From assembly GCA_028698185.1 (NCBI GenBank), contig JAQVDW010000007.1:1-32000 (forward strand): a stretch of DNA of 32,000 bases, given 5' to 3'. The notes below the pieces were generated by a model. That model ran no database searches. It saw only the letters and a list, made by a program, of their open reading frames with translations, and had not been told where the DNA came from. The DNA comes from Erysipelotrichaceae bacterium. GTDB taxonomy: Bacteria > Bacillota_I > Bacilli_A > Erysipelotrichales > Coprobacillaceae. A program made the translations under genes and the position numbers. Positions 8,770-16,504 of this stretch are shown piece after piece (position 1 is the stretch's first letter; every line of letters starts with the position of its first letter).

Positions 8770-9450
8770 CTAGATCTGGAAATAACCAAAATTCCAAACA
8801 GGAATATCCGCCGCCGCTGTGTTTGCTACTGCATAAGCATTCAATAACTGTGGCGACACCAGGGTTATCCCCAATATAATTCCAAGAATCTGGGTGGTTC
8901 CCATTTTCTTGGTAATCGACCATACAATGCCTACTGGCAGAAAGAAAAAGACCGCCTCACCAATCAACCAAAGAAATGAATCGACACCTGACCAAAATTG
9001 GGAAATTTCAACCAGAGTTTTGGTTCCGTTTTCGAATAGTGCCACGGAATCTATGATATTCCTGAAACCTAAAATCAAACCTCCACAAATCAGGGCAGGA
9101 ATCAATGGAGCGAATATTTCTCCTAGGTCGCCCATTATTTTTTGCAATTTTGTCTGATTCGTCTTCGCCCCTTGCTTCAGTTGGTCCTTGCTTACTCCTT
9201 CAATATCGGCCAAAGCGACAAATTCATTGTAGAATGTCTGCACATCATTGCCAATTATAACCTGAAACTGACCAGCTTGCGTGAACGTTCCTTTTGCAGA
9301 AGGAATATCGTTAATCCGATCTTCATTGGCTTTTTGTGAATCGACCAATACAAAACGCATTCTTGTTACACAGTGGGAAACTGCTTGGATATTGTCTCTT
9401 CCACCCACATATTCAAGCAGATCTTTACAGTCTTGAGCATACTTACCCAT
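8770..9450 (-). CDS. treP: PTS trehalose transporter, N-terminal fragment (EIIB plus proximal EIIC), ending at an in-frame TAG. Together with 7537-8769 it would give a 637-codon EIIBCA.
   Basis: The EIIB phospho-cysteine motif is VSHCVTRMRFVL, followed by EIIC helices (IFAPLIPALICGGLILG and others). An RBS AAAGGAGAAG precedes the ATG at 9450. Both fragments share the same frame, since 9450 and 8769 are both 0 mod 3. Confidence 0.8.
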   Translation of the reverse strand: MGKYAQDCKDLLEYVGGRDNIQAVSHCVTRMRFVLVDSQKANEDRINDIPSAKGTFTQAGQFQVIIGNDVQTFYNEFVALADIEGVSKDQLKQGAKTNQTKLQKIMGDLGEIFAPLIPALICGGLILGFRNIIDSVALFENGTKTLVEISQFWSGVDSFLWLIGEAVFFFLPVGIVWSITKKMGTTQILGIILGITLVSPQLLNAYAVANTAAADIPVWNFGYFQI

Positions 9451-9484
9451 AATTTACTTCTCCTTTTCTTTTCTCCAAAAACAT

Positions 9485-9506
9485 CTTGTACGTACAAGCT
9501 TGTCAA
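9485..9506 (-). promoter_or_regulatory. Candidate TreR operator (perfect 14-bp palindrome) abutting a TTGACA -35-like hexamer upstream of treP
   Basis: CTTGTACGTACAAG (9485-9498) is a perfect palindrome of the GT..AC type used by HutC-subfamily GntR repressors. It lies 35-48 nt upstream of the treP ATG. On the minus strand a TTGACA (9501-9506) sits 2 nt upstream of it. I could not find a good -10 hexamer at 16-18 nt. A degenerate second copy, CTTGTCTATGAT, lies at 9529-9540. Confidence 0.45.
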
Positions 9507-9933
9507 CATGAAATTATTTTTAGATTCCCTTGTCTATGATCTAACTGCGCAAATTGAACGGAGACTGCATATCAAAATACTGCGGATATCAAAAAAAGCA
9601 AACTAATTGTGCGCCAAAATAAGTAAGCTATCCTAAAAAATCAACTAAATTAATAACAATCAATTAACAACTCTTGCCACTTGAATCATTATGTCATTAT
9701 TAACCTTGGATGAAAATTGGCTGGGTCCGGACATTAATGCCAGACAAGCAACTTCCTTAACACAAACACTCCCCAAGCGTTGCAGGGATAAATTGAATAA
9801 TCAATTTTTAGGAATCATTAATTGACGGAAATCTGATCAATTAGTGCAAATCGGTATTTAATGCAATTCCCCTTAAGAACATCCATCGACTGTAAGCTAC
9901 ACCATCAAGCTCATGTTCCATGTGCATCCATGT

Positions 9934-9967
9934 AAAAAAACGCAACGGTTTAGGTCGCGCTTTTTTT
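9934..9967 (-). terminator. Rho-independent terminator of namA (symmetrical, flanked by A7 and T7)
   Basis: The minus strand reads CGCGAC-CTAAACC-GTTGCG, 6 bp including one G-U pair, followed by TTTTTTT. It starts 4 nt after the namA TAG stop. Confidence 0.7.
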
Positions 9968-9970
9968 AAG

Positions 9971-10996
9971 CTACTTTCGAAACGCCCGGGCGTATTGGAA
10001 GGGAACCATATCGCTGATTCGGGCTTTTGCCCCCTCTTGCATGGCGAAATATGGATTGGCCAGAAGGCCTCTGCCGATGGCCACCAGGTCCGCTCGGTCA
10101 TTGTTCAGCACTTCCTCAACCAGCTTGATGTCATCAAGCAAGCCGACCGCGATGGTTGGCAGTCCGACTTCTTTTTTTATCACTTCCGCAGGTTTTAGCT
10201 GATAGCCGGGATAGACATGGTAGCTAGCCGCCCCGTTGCCCCCAGTGCTCACATGGATGACATCGATATCATCGCGGATTTGCTTGAGTATCCCAACCAT
10301 TTCATCCAAAGGATAACCGTCCTCTAGATATTCAACTGCCGAAATCCGGATACCCAGGGTCTTGGAGCTGGGCCAGACGGCCCTGATCGCTGCAATCACT
10401 TCTTTTAAAAAGCGGATCCGGTTTTCCAGGGTGCCGCCGTATTCATCGATGCGTTTGTTCGAATGGGGCGAAAGGAACTGGTTGATAAGATACCCGTGGG
10501 CCCCGTGGATTTCAATCATGTCGAAACCTGCCTTATCAGCCCGTATGGCCGCCTTTTGAAACGATGCCACAATCTCTTTTATTTGAACTGATGTCAGTTC
10601 ATTGGGAATCCCATAATTATCATCAAAAGCGATGGCGCTTGGTGCTACCGCCTGAAGTTTGCCGTCATATTTGCGACCGCCATGATTGAGCTGGATCCCC
10701 ACATGCGTGTCATAACTTTTTATCTGTGCCACCAGATCCTGCAGACCCGCAATCTGGCTGTCATCCCATAGCCCCAGATCACCATCGGATATCCGCCCGT
10801 TGGGTGCTATCCCGGTCGCTTCGACAATGATCAGACCCACCCCGCCAATCGCCCGGGTGCAATAATGGGTCCTGTGAAAATCAGTGACAATACCGTCCTC
10901 ATTGGCTGAGTACATGCACATCGGAGGCATGACGAGGCGGTTTTTCAATTCAAGATTTTTCAGTTGATACGGATCGAACAATTTTGGTTGTGACAT
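9971..10996 (-). CDS. namA: NADPH dehydrogenase, Old Yellow Enzyme family (YqjM/NamA type)
   Basis: MSQPKLFDPYQLKNLELKNRLVMPPMCMYSA, HGGRK, EIHGAHGYLINQFLSPHSNKR and ADLVAIGRGLLANPYF are characteristic of YqjM-class OYEs. The 341-aa length is typical. Confidence 0.9.
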   Translation of the reverse strand: MSQPKLFDPYQLKNLELKNRLVMPPMCMYSANEDGIVTDFHRTHYCTRAIGGVGLIIVEATGIAPNGRISDGDLGLWDDSQIAGLQDLVAQIKSYDTHVGIQLNHGGRKYDGKLQAVAPSAIAFDDNYGIPNELTSVQIKEIVASFQKAAIRADKAGFDMIEIHGAHGYLINQFLSPHSNKRIDEYGGTLENRIRFLKEVIAAIRAVWPSSKTLGIRISAVEYLEDGYPLDEMVGILKQIRDDIDVIHVSTGGNGAASYHVYPGYQLKPAEVIKKEVGLPTIAVGLLDDIKLVEEVLNNDRADLVAIGRGLLANPYFAMQEGAKARISDMVPFQYARAFRK

Positions 10997-11113
10997 AACA
11001 TTATCTCCTTATTGAATTTTTTGATCACATGGTGTCCTTGAACAATTGTACCACCGATTCAAATCCATAGCCACCGATACGCATAATGCCAACCCTGGAT
11101 GATTTTAACAGCC

Positions 11114-11149
11114 AAAAGAAAAACGCAGCCTCATTATAAAAGGATGCGT
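11114..11149 (-). terminator. Candidate terminator of ppnP
   Basis: The minus strand reads ACGCATCC-(11-nt loop)-GGCTGCGT, 8 bp with one mismatch, followed by TTTTTCTTTTGG. It lies about 30 nt after the ppnP stop. Confidence 0.5.
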
Positions 11150-11180
11150 ATTATGTGCAAATCATTAGATTGTGCCAATA

Positions 11181-11489
11181 TTATTTGTATGAGCAGCAGT
11201 AATCAGCGAACTGAGAAACTTTTACTTTGAACTTGCTGTTGGGCGCAACCACGAAGCTTTCACCCTTGCTGTATGTCTTGAATTCGACCTCACCTGGCAA
11301 AGCGATATCCATTGACCCGTTTAGAACTTCCATCAACTCTTCAGTCGCAGTCCCGAATTCGTATTCCCCGGCAAGCATGAATCCCAATGTTTTCTTTGTT
11401 CCATCAGGAAACTCGATTGTCCGGCTGCTTACTTTTCCATCAAAATATACATTAGCTTCTTTTACTACATTAACGTTTTCGAATTTCAT
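11181..11489 (-). CDS. ppnP: Pyrimidine/purine nucleoside phosphorylase PpnP (DUF1255, cupin-like)
   Basis: The 102-aa protein [54 protein letters not shown]...[19 protein letters not shown] aligns along its whole length with my memory of E. coli PpnP/YaiE. Confidence 0.8.
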   Translation of the reverse strand: MKFENVNVVKEANVYFDGKVSSRTIEFPDGTKKTLGFMLAGEYEFGTATEELMEVLNGSMDIALPGEVEFKTYSKGESFVVAPNSKFKVKVSQFADYCCSYK

Positions 11490-11529
11490 CTTTTATTCTC
11501 CCGCTTGTTTCTGGCTGAGTGCCAAATAG

Positions 11530-11558
11530 ATTATACTATCATCCCGGGTATTTTCCAA
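11530..11558 (-). promoter_or_regulatory. Sigma-A-type promoter of ppnP
   Basis: On the minus strand: TTGGAA (11553-11558), a 17-nt spacer, then TATAAT (11530-11535). This lies about 40 nt upstream of the ppnP ATG. Confidence 0.5.
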
Positions 11559-11607
11559 GATGCAACAGTGCAATTTGCCAATAATGTATCATTACGGCTG
11601 GATGATT

Positions 11608-12411
11608 CTATATATCGAGAAGTTTTTTGAAGGCATGGGCGATGCCGTCATTGTTGACCGTTCGGGTGACGTGGTCGGCATGTTTCTTGACCTTGTCGGA
11701 GGCGTTGCCCATCGCGATGCCATGTCCGACAAGCTGCAACATCTCGATATCATTGTGCCCGTCACCAAAAGCGTAAGTGTTTTTGGTTTCGATATTCAAA
11801 TGGCGATAGAGATACTCACAGGCCGTTCCTTTGGAAAATCCTTCAAGATGGACATCCATCCGGATGTCGGTATCATCCTCATATGCTGTGATTGCCCAGT
11901 TTTGGGGCAGTTGCGCCTTCGCGCCGCGCAATGAATCGGCATTCGAAAAAACCGCAGCCACGGAACTAACCGCGATGTCATCCCAGCTGTCCTTGACCAG
12001 CGGGATTCCTGTCAGATCGGCAGAGCCGGTGTATATTTCGTTATGTTTTTGGAGATATGGGTCTTCATGGGTGCTTACCCAGTTGCCGTGATACCCGCCC
12101 AAAGCGCAGCTTCCTTGGAAGTTTTCATAGACCTCAAGTTGCAAAGCCAGCTGTTCCTTGGAAAAGATGTTGTGGACCAGCACCTCTCCTTGAAACTCGA
12201 TATAGTGGCCATCGGAGCAGATATAGCCGTCAAATTCGATATCCTTGACGCTTTCGGGAATCTGGGTCCTAGCGGTCGCCACCACGATATAATTGCCCTG
12301 ATTCTGGAATTCCTTTAGCACCTCACAGGTTCTTGTCGAGGGGTGCATCATCCCTTCTGGCACGTTGACCATAGTACCGTCGATATCAAAAAATGCAATC
12401 TTCTTCATCAT
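11608..12411 (-). CDS. Cof-type HAD-IIB family hydrolase (sugar-phosphate phosphatase-like)
   Basis: HAD motif I is FFDIDGTMV. Motif IV is FGDGHNDIEMLQ. A cap domain of Cof/YbjI size lies between them. Confidence 0.85.
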   Translation of the reverse strand: MMKKIAFFDIDGTMVNVPEGMMHPSTRTCEVLKEFQNQGNYIVVATARTQIPESVKDIEFDGYICSDGHYIEFQGEVLVHNIFSKEQLALQLEVYENFQGSCALGGYHGNWVSTHEDPYLQKHNEIYTGSADLTGIPLVKDSWDDIAVSSVAAVFSNADSLRGAKAQLPQNWAITAYEDDTDIRMDVHLEGFSKGTACEYLYRHLNIETKNTYAFGDGHNDIEMLQLVGHGIAMGNASDKVKKHADHVTRTVNNDGIAHAFKKLLDI

Positions 12412-12496
12412 GTTCTCCTTGGCTTGCTGTTCTTTTGGTATTTAACCGTTAGACAAATGCTAGCACATGACGGTGGATTTCGCAATGCTCCCGGTT

Positions 12497-12529
12497 AAAA
12501 AAAGCCCCAGTTTCAAAAACTGAAACTGG
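12497..12529 (-). terminator. Rho-independent terminator of the PhzF-family gene
   Basis: The minus strand reads CCAGTTTCA-GTTTT-TGAAACTGG, a perfect 9-bp stem, followed by GGCTTTTTTT. Confidence 0.75.
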
Positions 12530-12562
12530 AAACTCTCGCTGGTATGTTTCATGTGTAATGGA

Positions 12563-13336
12563 TCAAACAAAGATTTCGCCCTGGCCAAACAGGACTGCCT
12601 GACCTCTCAGGAACACTTTGTTATCCTCGACATCACAATAAAGGACGCCGGTTCGCCTTGAAGCCTGGAATGCCACCAGACTACTCTTGTTTAGCACATT
12701 GCTCCAGTAAGGGGCAATGTGGCAATGGCCCGATCCACAGACCGGATCCTCACTGACCTGCAGTTTGGGAGCGAACGACCGAGACACGCAATCGTATTGC
12801 TCTGACGGAGCGGAGACATGGACAAGCAAACCCTCGAGTCCCAGAGCTGGCTCCAGATCGATTTCCAGATTTTCTACCTGTTTTTCATCTTCAACAATCA
12901 AAAGCAGATCCCGGCCCAAATAGGCGGCTTCAGGCACCATCCCGATCACCCGAGCCATCAAATCAGTTACCGGCACTTCTTCCAGCTTATAGGCAGGAAA
13001 TTCCATCCGATAGAAATCTTCATCTTTGCTCACTTTCAGCAAGCCACTTCTTGTGTTAAAGTCGATATGTTTTGCCTCAGGTTTGACGAAATTGGCGATT
13101 ACGAAGGCGCTCGCCAGCGTCGCATGGCCGCATAAGTCGATTTCCCCGCCCGGAGTGAACCAGCGCAGGCTAAAACCGTCGGGCAATTCCCTGACAAAGG
13201 CCGTTTCAGAAAGATTGTTCTCCCTTGCGATGTTTTGCAGCGTGGCATCGTCGAGGTCCCGGTCCAAAAGACAGACCGCCGCGGGATTGCCGGCAAATAT
13301 CCTGTTTGTAAAAGCATCTACAATGTATTGTTTCAT
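12563..13336 (-). CDS. PhzF-family isomerase (phenazine biosynthesis protein-like, DAP-epimerase fold)
   Basis: MKQYIVDAFTNRIFAGNPAAVCLL, LSETAFV, RWFTPGGEIDLCGHATLASAF and DPVCGSGHCHIAPYW are PhzF/YddE hallmarks. I prefer the start at ATG 13336, with GAGGAG 7 nt upstream, over the upstream ORF-track start at 13375. Confidence 0.85.
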   Translation of the reverse strand: MKQYIVDAFTNRIFAGNPAAVCLLDRDLDDATLQNIARENNLSETAFVRELPDGFSLRWFTPGGEIDLCGHATLASAFVIANFVKPEAKHIDFNTRSGLLKVSKDEDFYRMEFPAYKLEEVPVTDLMARVIGMVPEAAYLGRDLLLIVEDEKQVENLEIDLEPALGLEGLLVHVSAPSEQYDCVSRSFAPKLQVSEDPVCGSGHCHIAPYWSNVLNKSSLVAFQASRRTGVLYCDVEDNKVFLRGQAVLFGQGEIFV

Positions 13337-13388
13337 CAATTGACTCCTCAAATATTTTTCGGGTTTGGCAACCACCGAATTTTCTCAA

Positions 13389-14126
13389 TCAGTTTTCGCT
13401 GACAATCTCGAGAGCCTGGGCCACCGAATCCACCAGGCGATCGGCATGGATTTTAAGAGATTCGGGCGCGTGGTTGAAAGTGAAAGCATAGTCGACGCTT
13501 TCAAGCATCGGTATGTCATTGTACGAATCACCGATGCCGCAAAGTTGCCTGATATGCATCTGTTTTTTGTAAAATTCCAGCGCCGCTCCTTTGGAACAGC
13601 CTTTCTTGACGATGTCGACGCACTCGACATTTTGGAAAGCCTCGACCAACCGGCCATACTTCTCGTTTGTCCTTTTAGTGATGATACTGGCGATTTTTTG
13701 GTTGCCGGCATCGATTGAGATCCCCTGGATTGAATATCCTTCAAGATCTTCCACCGAAGTGATTTCGATCTGTTCGAGCGGAAACCGCCCCTTTTTCAAA
13801 GTGTACATCCGCTTGTTTGCCTGGACATACAGATGGACCTCTTCTTGAAAATCCATAAATATTCTTTTCACCGTCCGGTAGTCGATGCACTGCTCATAGA
13901 GTACCACCCCGTCCTTGTCGAGTATGAGCGCTCCAGAAGAAACAATGCAAAAATCATAATCTATTGCCCCTTGGACTACTCCGCTGTAAGGTCTGCCTGT
14001 GCACAGGCCAAACAAGTGGCCATTTTCTTGAAACTGTCTGATTCCCTTCAAATCTCCATCCTTGAAATTTCCAGGTAGGTCCTGGAAAAACAGGGTTCCA
14101 TCAAGGTCGCTAGCTAATGCCTTCAT
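13389..14126 (-). CDS. Cof-type HAD-IIB family hydrolase (second copy)
   Basis: HAD motif I is ASDLDGTLFF and motif IV is IGDSYNDIPMLE. Sequence similarity to the 11608-12411 paralogue is low apart from these motifs. Confidence 0.85.
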   Translation of the reverse strand: MKALASDLDGTLFFQDLPGNFKDGDLKGIRQFQENGHLFGLCTGRPYSGVVQGAIDYDFCIVSSGALILDKDGVVLYEQCIDYRTVKRIFMDFQEEVHLYVQANKRMYTLKKGRFPLEQIEITSVEDLEGYSIQGISIDAGNQKIASIITKRTNEKYGRLVEAFQNVECVDIVKKGCSKGAALEFYKKQMHIRQLCGIGDSYNDIPMLESVDYAFTFNHAPESLKIHADRLVDSVAQALEIVSEN

Positions 14127-14257
14127 CTAAAATATTCCCTTTCCAATGTATTTTCACTTATAAGATACATTTTAATACAATGGACCACAGAATACAACAT
14201 TTACCCCAGATTTTTCAAATATGTTTCAAATGCCGTCATGTTACTGTTCACTGATTT

Positions 14258-15277
14258 TTACTTTTCAGTCGGGTCGCGGCCACTCTTTTTAAAGTAGTCA
14301 AAAACGGCCACAGCCTGTTCCAAAACGTCCCAGAGCACCTCAGGGCTTTGTTTCAAGGCGACAATCCAGCTGTCAAGATAGGCCAGGTTGTTGTTGAAAT
14401 TGACTGATTGCTCATCAATAGTCCGGATGTTGAGTTCATTATTCAAAAGCACACTGGAAAGTTCCGCCACCAGCTCTTCAATCGCGTAAGCCGCGCTTCT
14501 TTGATCGAATGATTTCAGGGGCCGGTTCAGCCGATGTTTTGCACCTGTTGCGTGGGCGATCTCATGAAGCAAAGTCATGTAATATGCTTCTTCGGATTTA
14601 AATGCCGACCGTAGCGGCATGACTATCTTATCCTGGCCCCAGTCATAAAAAGCCCGGTTCGAGGCGACATGGACAACACAGAGTTCTTCATTTTCAAGAA
14701 AGCGGTCGACTTTCGATTTGGCAATAACATTCCTTACGGGACTGTCATTATCCGCTTCGTTTTTAATCCCTTCGACGATGCTTACATTATACACCCGGTG
14801 ATAGCCGATGCTTCGAATTGGTGTAAAGTCCGATTCCATGATCCGGCCCTGGCTTTGGCGGATCATCTTCTCCTTCTGGTTAGAGGAATAATATCCGGGC
14901 TTGTCTTTGTGCCGATACTGGACTCTAAGATATCTCACCGTGAAAAGATGCCCGCCATCCACGGCTATTTTTTCTGGAGCGATATGCCACTGGGAATTTT
15001 CGTCACATCCCCTGTTGTGGCTAATGAGCTGGTTGTAGGTCAGCCATCTGGAATCGGGATATTCCTTGATATAGCTTATTAGGCTCAAAAGAAGCTGGTT
15101 GAACCCCTGATACTCATGTTTTGAAACCAGAGATTTTTGACTGGTCTGACTCCAGGGCCGGGTCCAGATCAGCTTTGGACATTTGCCACTATCAGTGTCA
15201 TTCTTGATCATTTTCAATTCCTCAATGAAAATCGCGCAGATTCTTTCCTGCCATTTCTTTGTTTGTCTGTCTGTCAT
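14258..15277 (-). CDS. ArdC-like protein: N-terminal ssDNA-binding (DUF1738-type) domain plus C-terminal zincin metallopeptidase domain
   Basis: The N-terminal pattern is LIWTRPW...YQGFNQLLL...RWLTYNQ. The C-terminal pattern is AFYDWGQDKIVMP...YYMTLLHEIAHATGAKHRLNR...YAIEELVAELSSVLL, with the HExxH (HEIAH) encoded at 14552-14566. An RBS GGAGGG precedes the ATG at 15277. Confidence 0.75.
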   Translation of the reverse strand: MTDRQTKKWQERICAIFIEELKMIKNDTDSGKCPKLIWTRPWSQTSQKSLVSKHEYQGFNQLLLSLISYIKEYPDSRWLTYNQLISHNRGCDENSQWHIAPEKIAVDGGHLFTVRYLRVQYRHKDKPGYYSSNQKEKMIRQSQGRIMESDFTPIRSIGYHRVYNVSIVEGIKNEADNDSPVRNVIAKSKVDRFLENEELCVVHVASNRAFYDWGQDKIVMPLRSAFKSEEAYYMTLLHEIAHATGAKHRLNRPLKSFDQRSAAYAIEELVAELSSVLLNNELNIRTIDEQSVNFNNNLAYLDSWIVALKQSPEVLWDVLEQAVAVFDYFKKSGRDPTEK

Positions 15278-15381
15278 AAGTGTCCCTCCGTCTATTATCT
15301 ATTCCTTATGAAACGGTATATTCCTTGGATAATCGGTGCTTTGGCACCTCCTTGGCAATCGCTCCAATCCAATATTGGGTA

Positions 15382-15410
15382 GTGACAGCCAAAATGGAAG
15401 GTGGTATAAT
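15382..15410 (+). promoter_or_regulatory. Sigma-A-type promoter of the aguA operon (extended -10)
   Basis: GTGACA (15382-15387), a 17-nt spacer including TG at 15402-15403, then TATAAT (15405-15410), which gives TGgTATAAT. This lies 50 nt upstream of the aguA ATG. Confidence 0.6.
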
Positions 15411-15460
15411 TTGAGATTGTAAAAGAACTATTTATGAAAGAAAACAGATGAGGTTTTAAT

Positions 15461-16504
15461 ATGCAAAATACAAAGAAATATTACATGCCTGCCGAGTGGG
15501 AAACCCACGAGCGGACATTTATCGAATGGCCGGTCAGGGAATCGCTGGTATGGCCGGACAACTACGACCAGGTCGTCAATGGCTACCGCAACGTTATCAA
15601 TGCCATCAGCCAGTTCGAACCGGTTACTGTCATTGTCAACAAGGACACCCGGGAGCAGGCAAGCGAACTGACCGGGGACAATGTCACTCTGATGGAAATT
15701 CCCCACAATGACGCATGGTGTCGCGACAATGGTCCAACTTTTGTCTACGACCAGAACTATTCACTGCTGGGAATCAACTGGGAGTTCAACGCCTGGGGTG
15801 AACGTTTCACTCCTTATGACCTGGACAATGCCGTTGCTAGCGAAGTCCTCGCCAATCTGGATTTGCCCCGAGAAGACGGCGGTCTGGTTCTCGAGGGCGG
15901 TTCGATCCATGTCGACGGCCAGGGAACTTTGCTTACAACCCGGGAATGCCTGCTTAATAAAAACCGCAATCCCCATATGTCCCAGGAAGAGATTGAAAAT
16001 AGAATCAAACCTTTGCTTGGAGTCGACAAGATAATCTGGTTGAACCACGGGCTGTATGGCGATGAAACCGATGGCCATATCGACAACATTGCCTGCTTCA
16101 TCAAGCCGGGGGTTGTGCTTATCCAGACATGCCGGGATCCTCAAGATCCCAACTATGCAATTTCGCAGGAAAATCTTGAAATTCTTCGCAATGCCAAAGA
16201 TGCCCAAGGTCGCCCTCTGGAAATCATCCAAATCGACCAGCCCCCCGCTAGATACTATAAGGACATCCGCCTTACTCTGAGCTATCTCAACTACTACATT
16301 GTCAATAATGGCATAATCCTGCCGGTGTTTGGCGGTGACGCAGCAGATACGGACAAACAGGCAATCGAGCTGATGGCCCAACTGTATCCAGACCATCAGG
16401 TGGTGACTGTCGACGGGATGGACCTGATCAAGGAAGGTGGCAACGTCCACTGTATCACCCAACAGATGCCTTCAAGAAAATTCAAACCAGGAGAACAGTT
16501 ATGA
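15461..16504 (+). CDS. aguA: Agmatine deiminase
   Basis: YYMPAEWETHERTFIEWP, NDAWCRDNGPTFV and GDETDGHIDN are present, as is the C-terminal catalytic-Cys motif GGNVHCITQQMP. Length and motifs are typical of the agmatine deiminase/PAD_porph family. Confidence 0.9.
   Translation: MQNTKKYYMPAEWETHERTFIEWPVRESLVWPDNYDQVVNGYRNVINAISQFEPVTVIVNKDTREQASELTGDNVTLMEIPHNDAWCRDNGPTFVYDQNYSLLGINWEFNAWGERFTPYDLDNAVASEVLANLDLPREDGGLVLEGGSIHVDGQGTLLTTRECLLNKNRNPHMSQEEIENRIKPLLGVDKIIWLNHGLYGDETDGHIDNIACFIKPGVVLIQTCRDPQDPNYAISQENLEILRNAKDAQGRPLEIIQIDQPPARYYKDIRLTLSYLNYYIVNNGIILPVFGGDAADTDKQAIELMAQLYPDHQVVTVDGMDLIKEGGNVHCITQQMPSRKFKPGEQL

Noticed and set aside
8770-8772. The in-frame TAG in treP as programmed recoding (pyrrolysine or a reassigned stop).
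   Set aside because: TAG terminates namA (9971-9973) and the BRCT gene (31269-31271) at sensible positions. No pyl genes or PYLIS-like context are visible. A simple nonsense mutation or a sequence error is more parsimonious.
9700-9760. The plus-strand segment GGCTGGGTCCGGACATTAATGCCAGAC, reminiscent of the CUGGAUAAUGCCAGC part of a TPP riboswitch.
   Set aside because: The other conserved TPP elements (the GGGG..CUGAGA core and the pairing partners) are absent. No plus-strand gene lies downstream, only the namA terminator and the convergent namA.
9841-10198. ORFs 9841-10101 (minus) and 9920-10198 (plus) spanning the namA 3' end and terminator.
   Set aside because: They overlap namA in other frames and read through its terminator hairpin. 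There is no RBS and no recognisable motif.
14127-15460. Possible mobile-element boundaries (direct or inverted repeats, att-like sites) around the ArdC-like gene.
   Set aside because: By eye the two flanking intergenic regions share no repeat of useful length. No integrase or transposase is adjacent, and composition matches the neighbours. I therefore cannot call a mobile element.
15761-16462. Long antisense ORFs inside well-supported genes: 15761-16462 within aguA, 16507-17103 within aguB, 18123-18863 within the M42 peptidase, 28811-29518 within accC, 7817-8452 within treP, and many shorter ones.
   Set aside because: Each lies wholly inside a gene with clear family motifs on the opposite strand. 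They have no RBS or recognisable domains, and their composition (Arg/Ser/Pro/Gly-rich or low complexity) is typical of shadow ORFs in GC-richer coding DNA.
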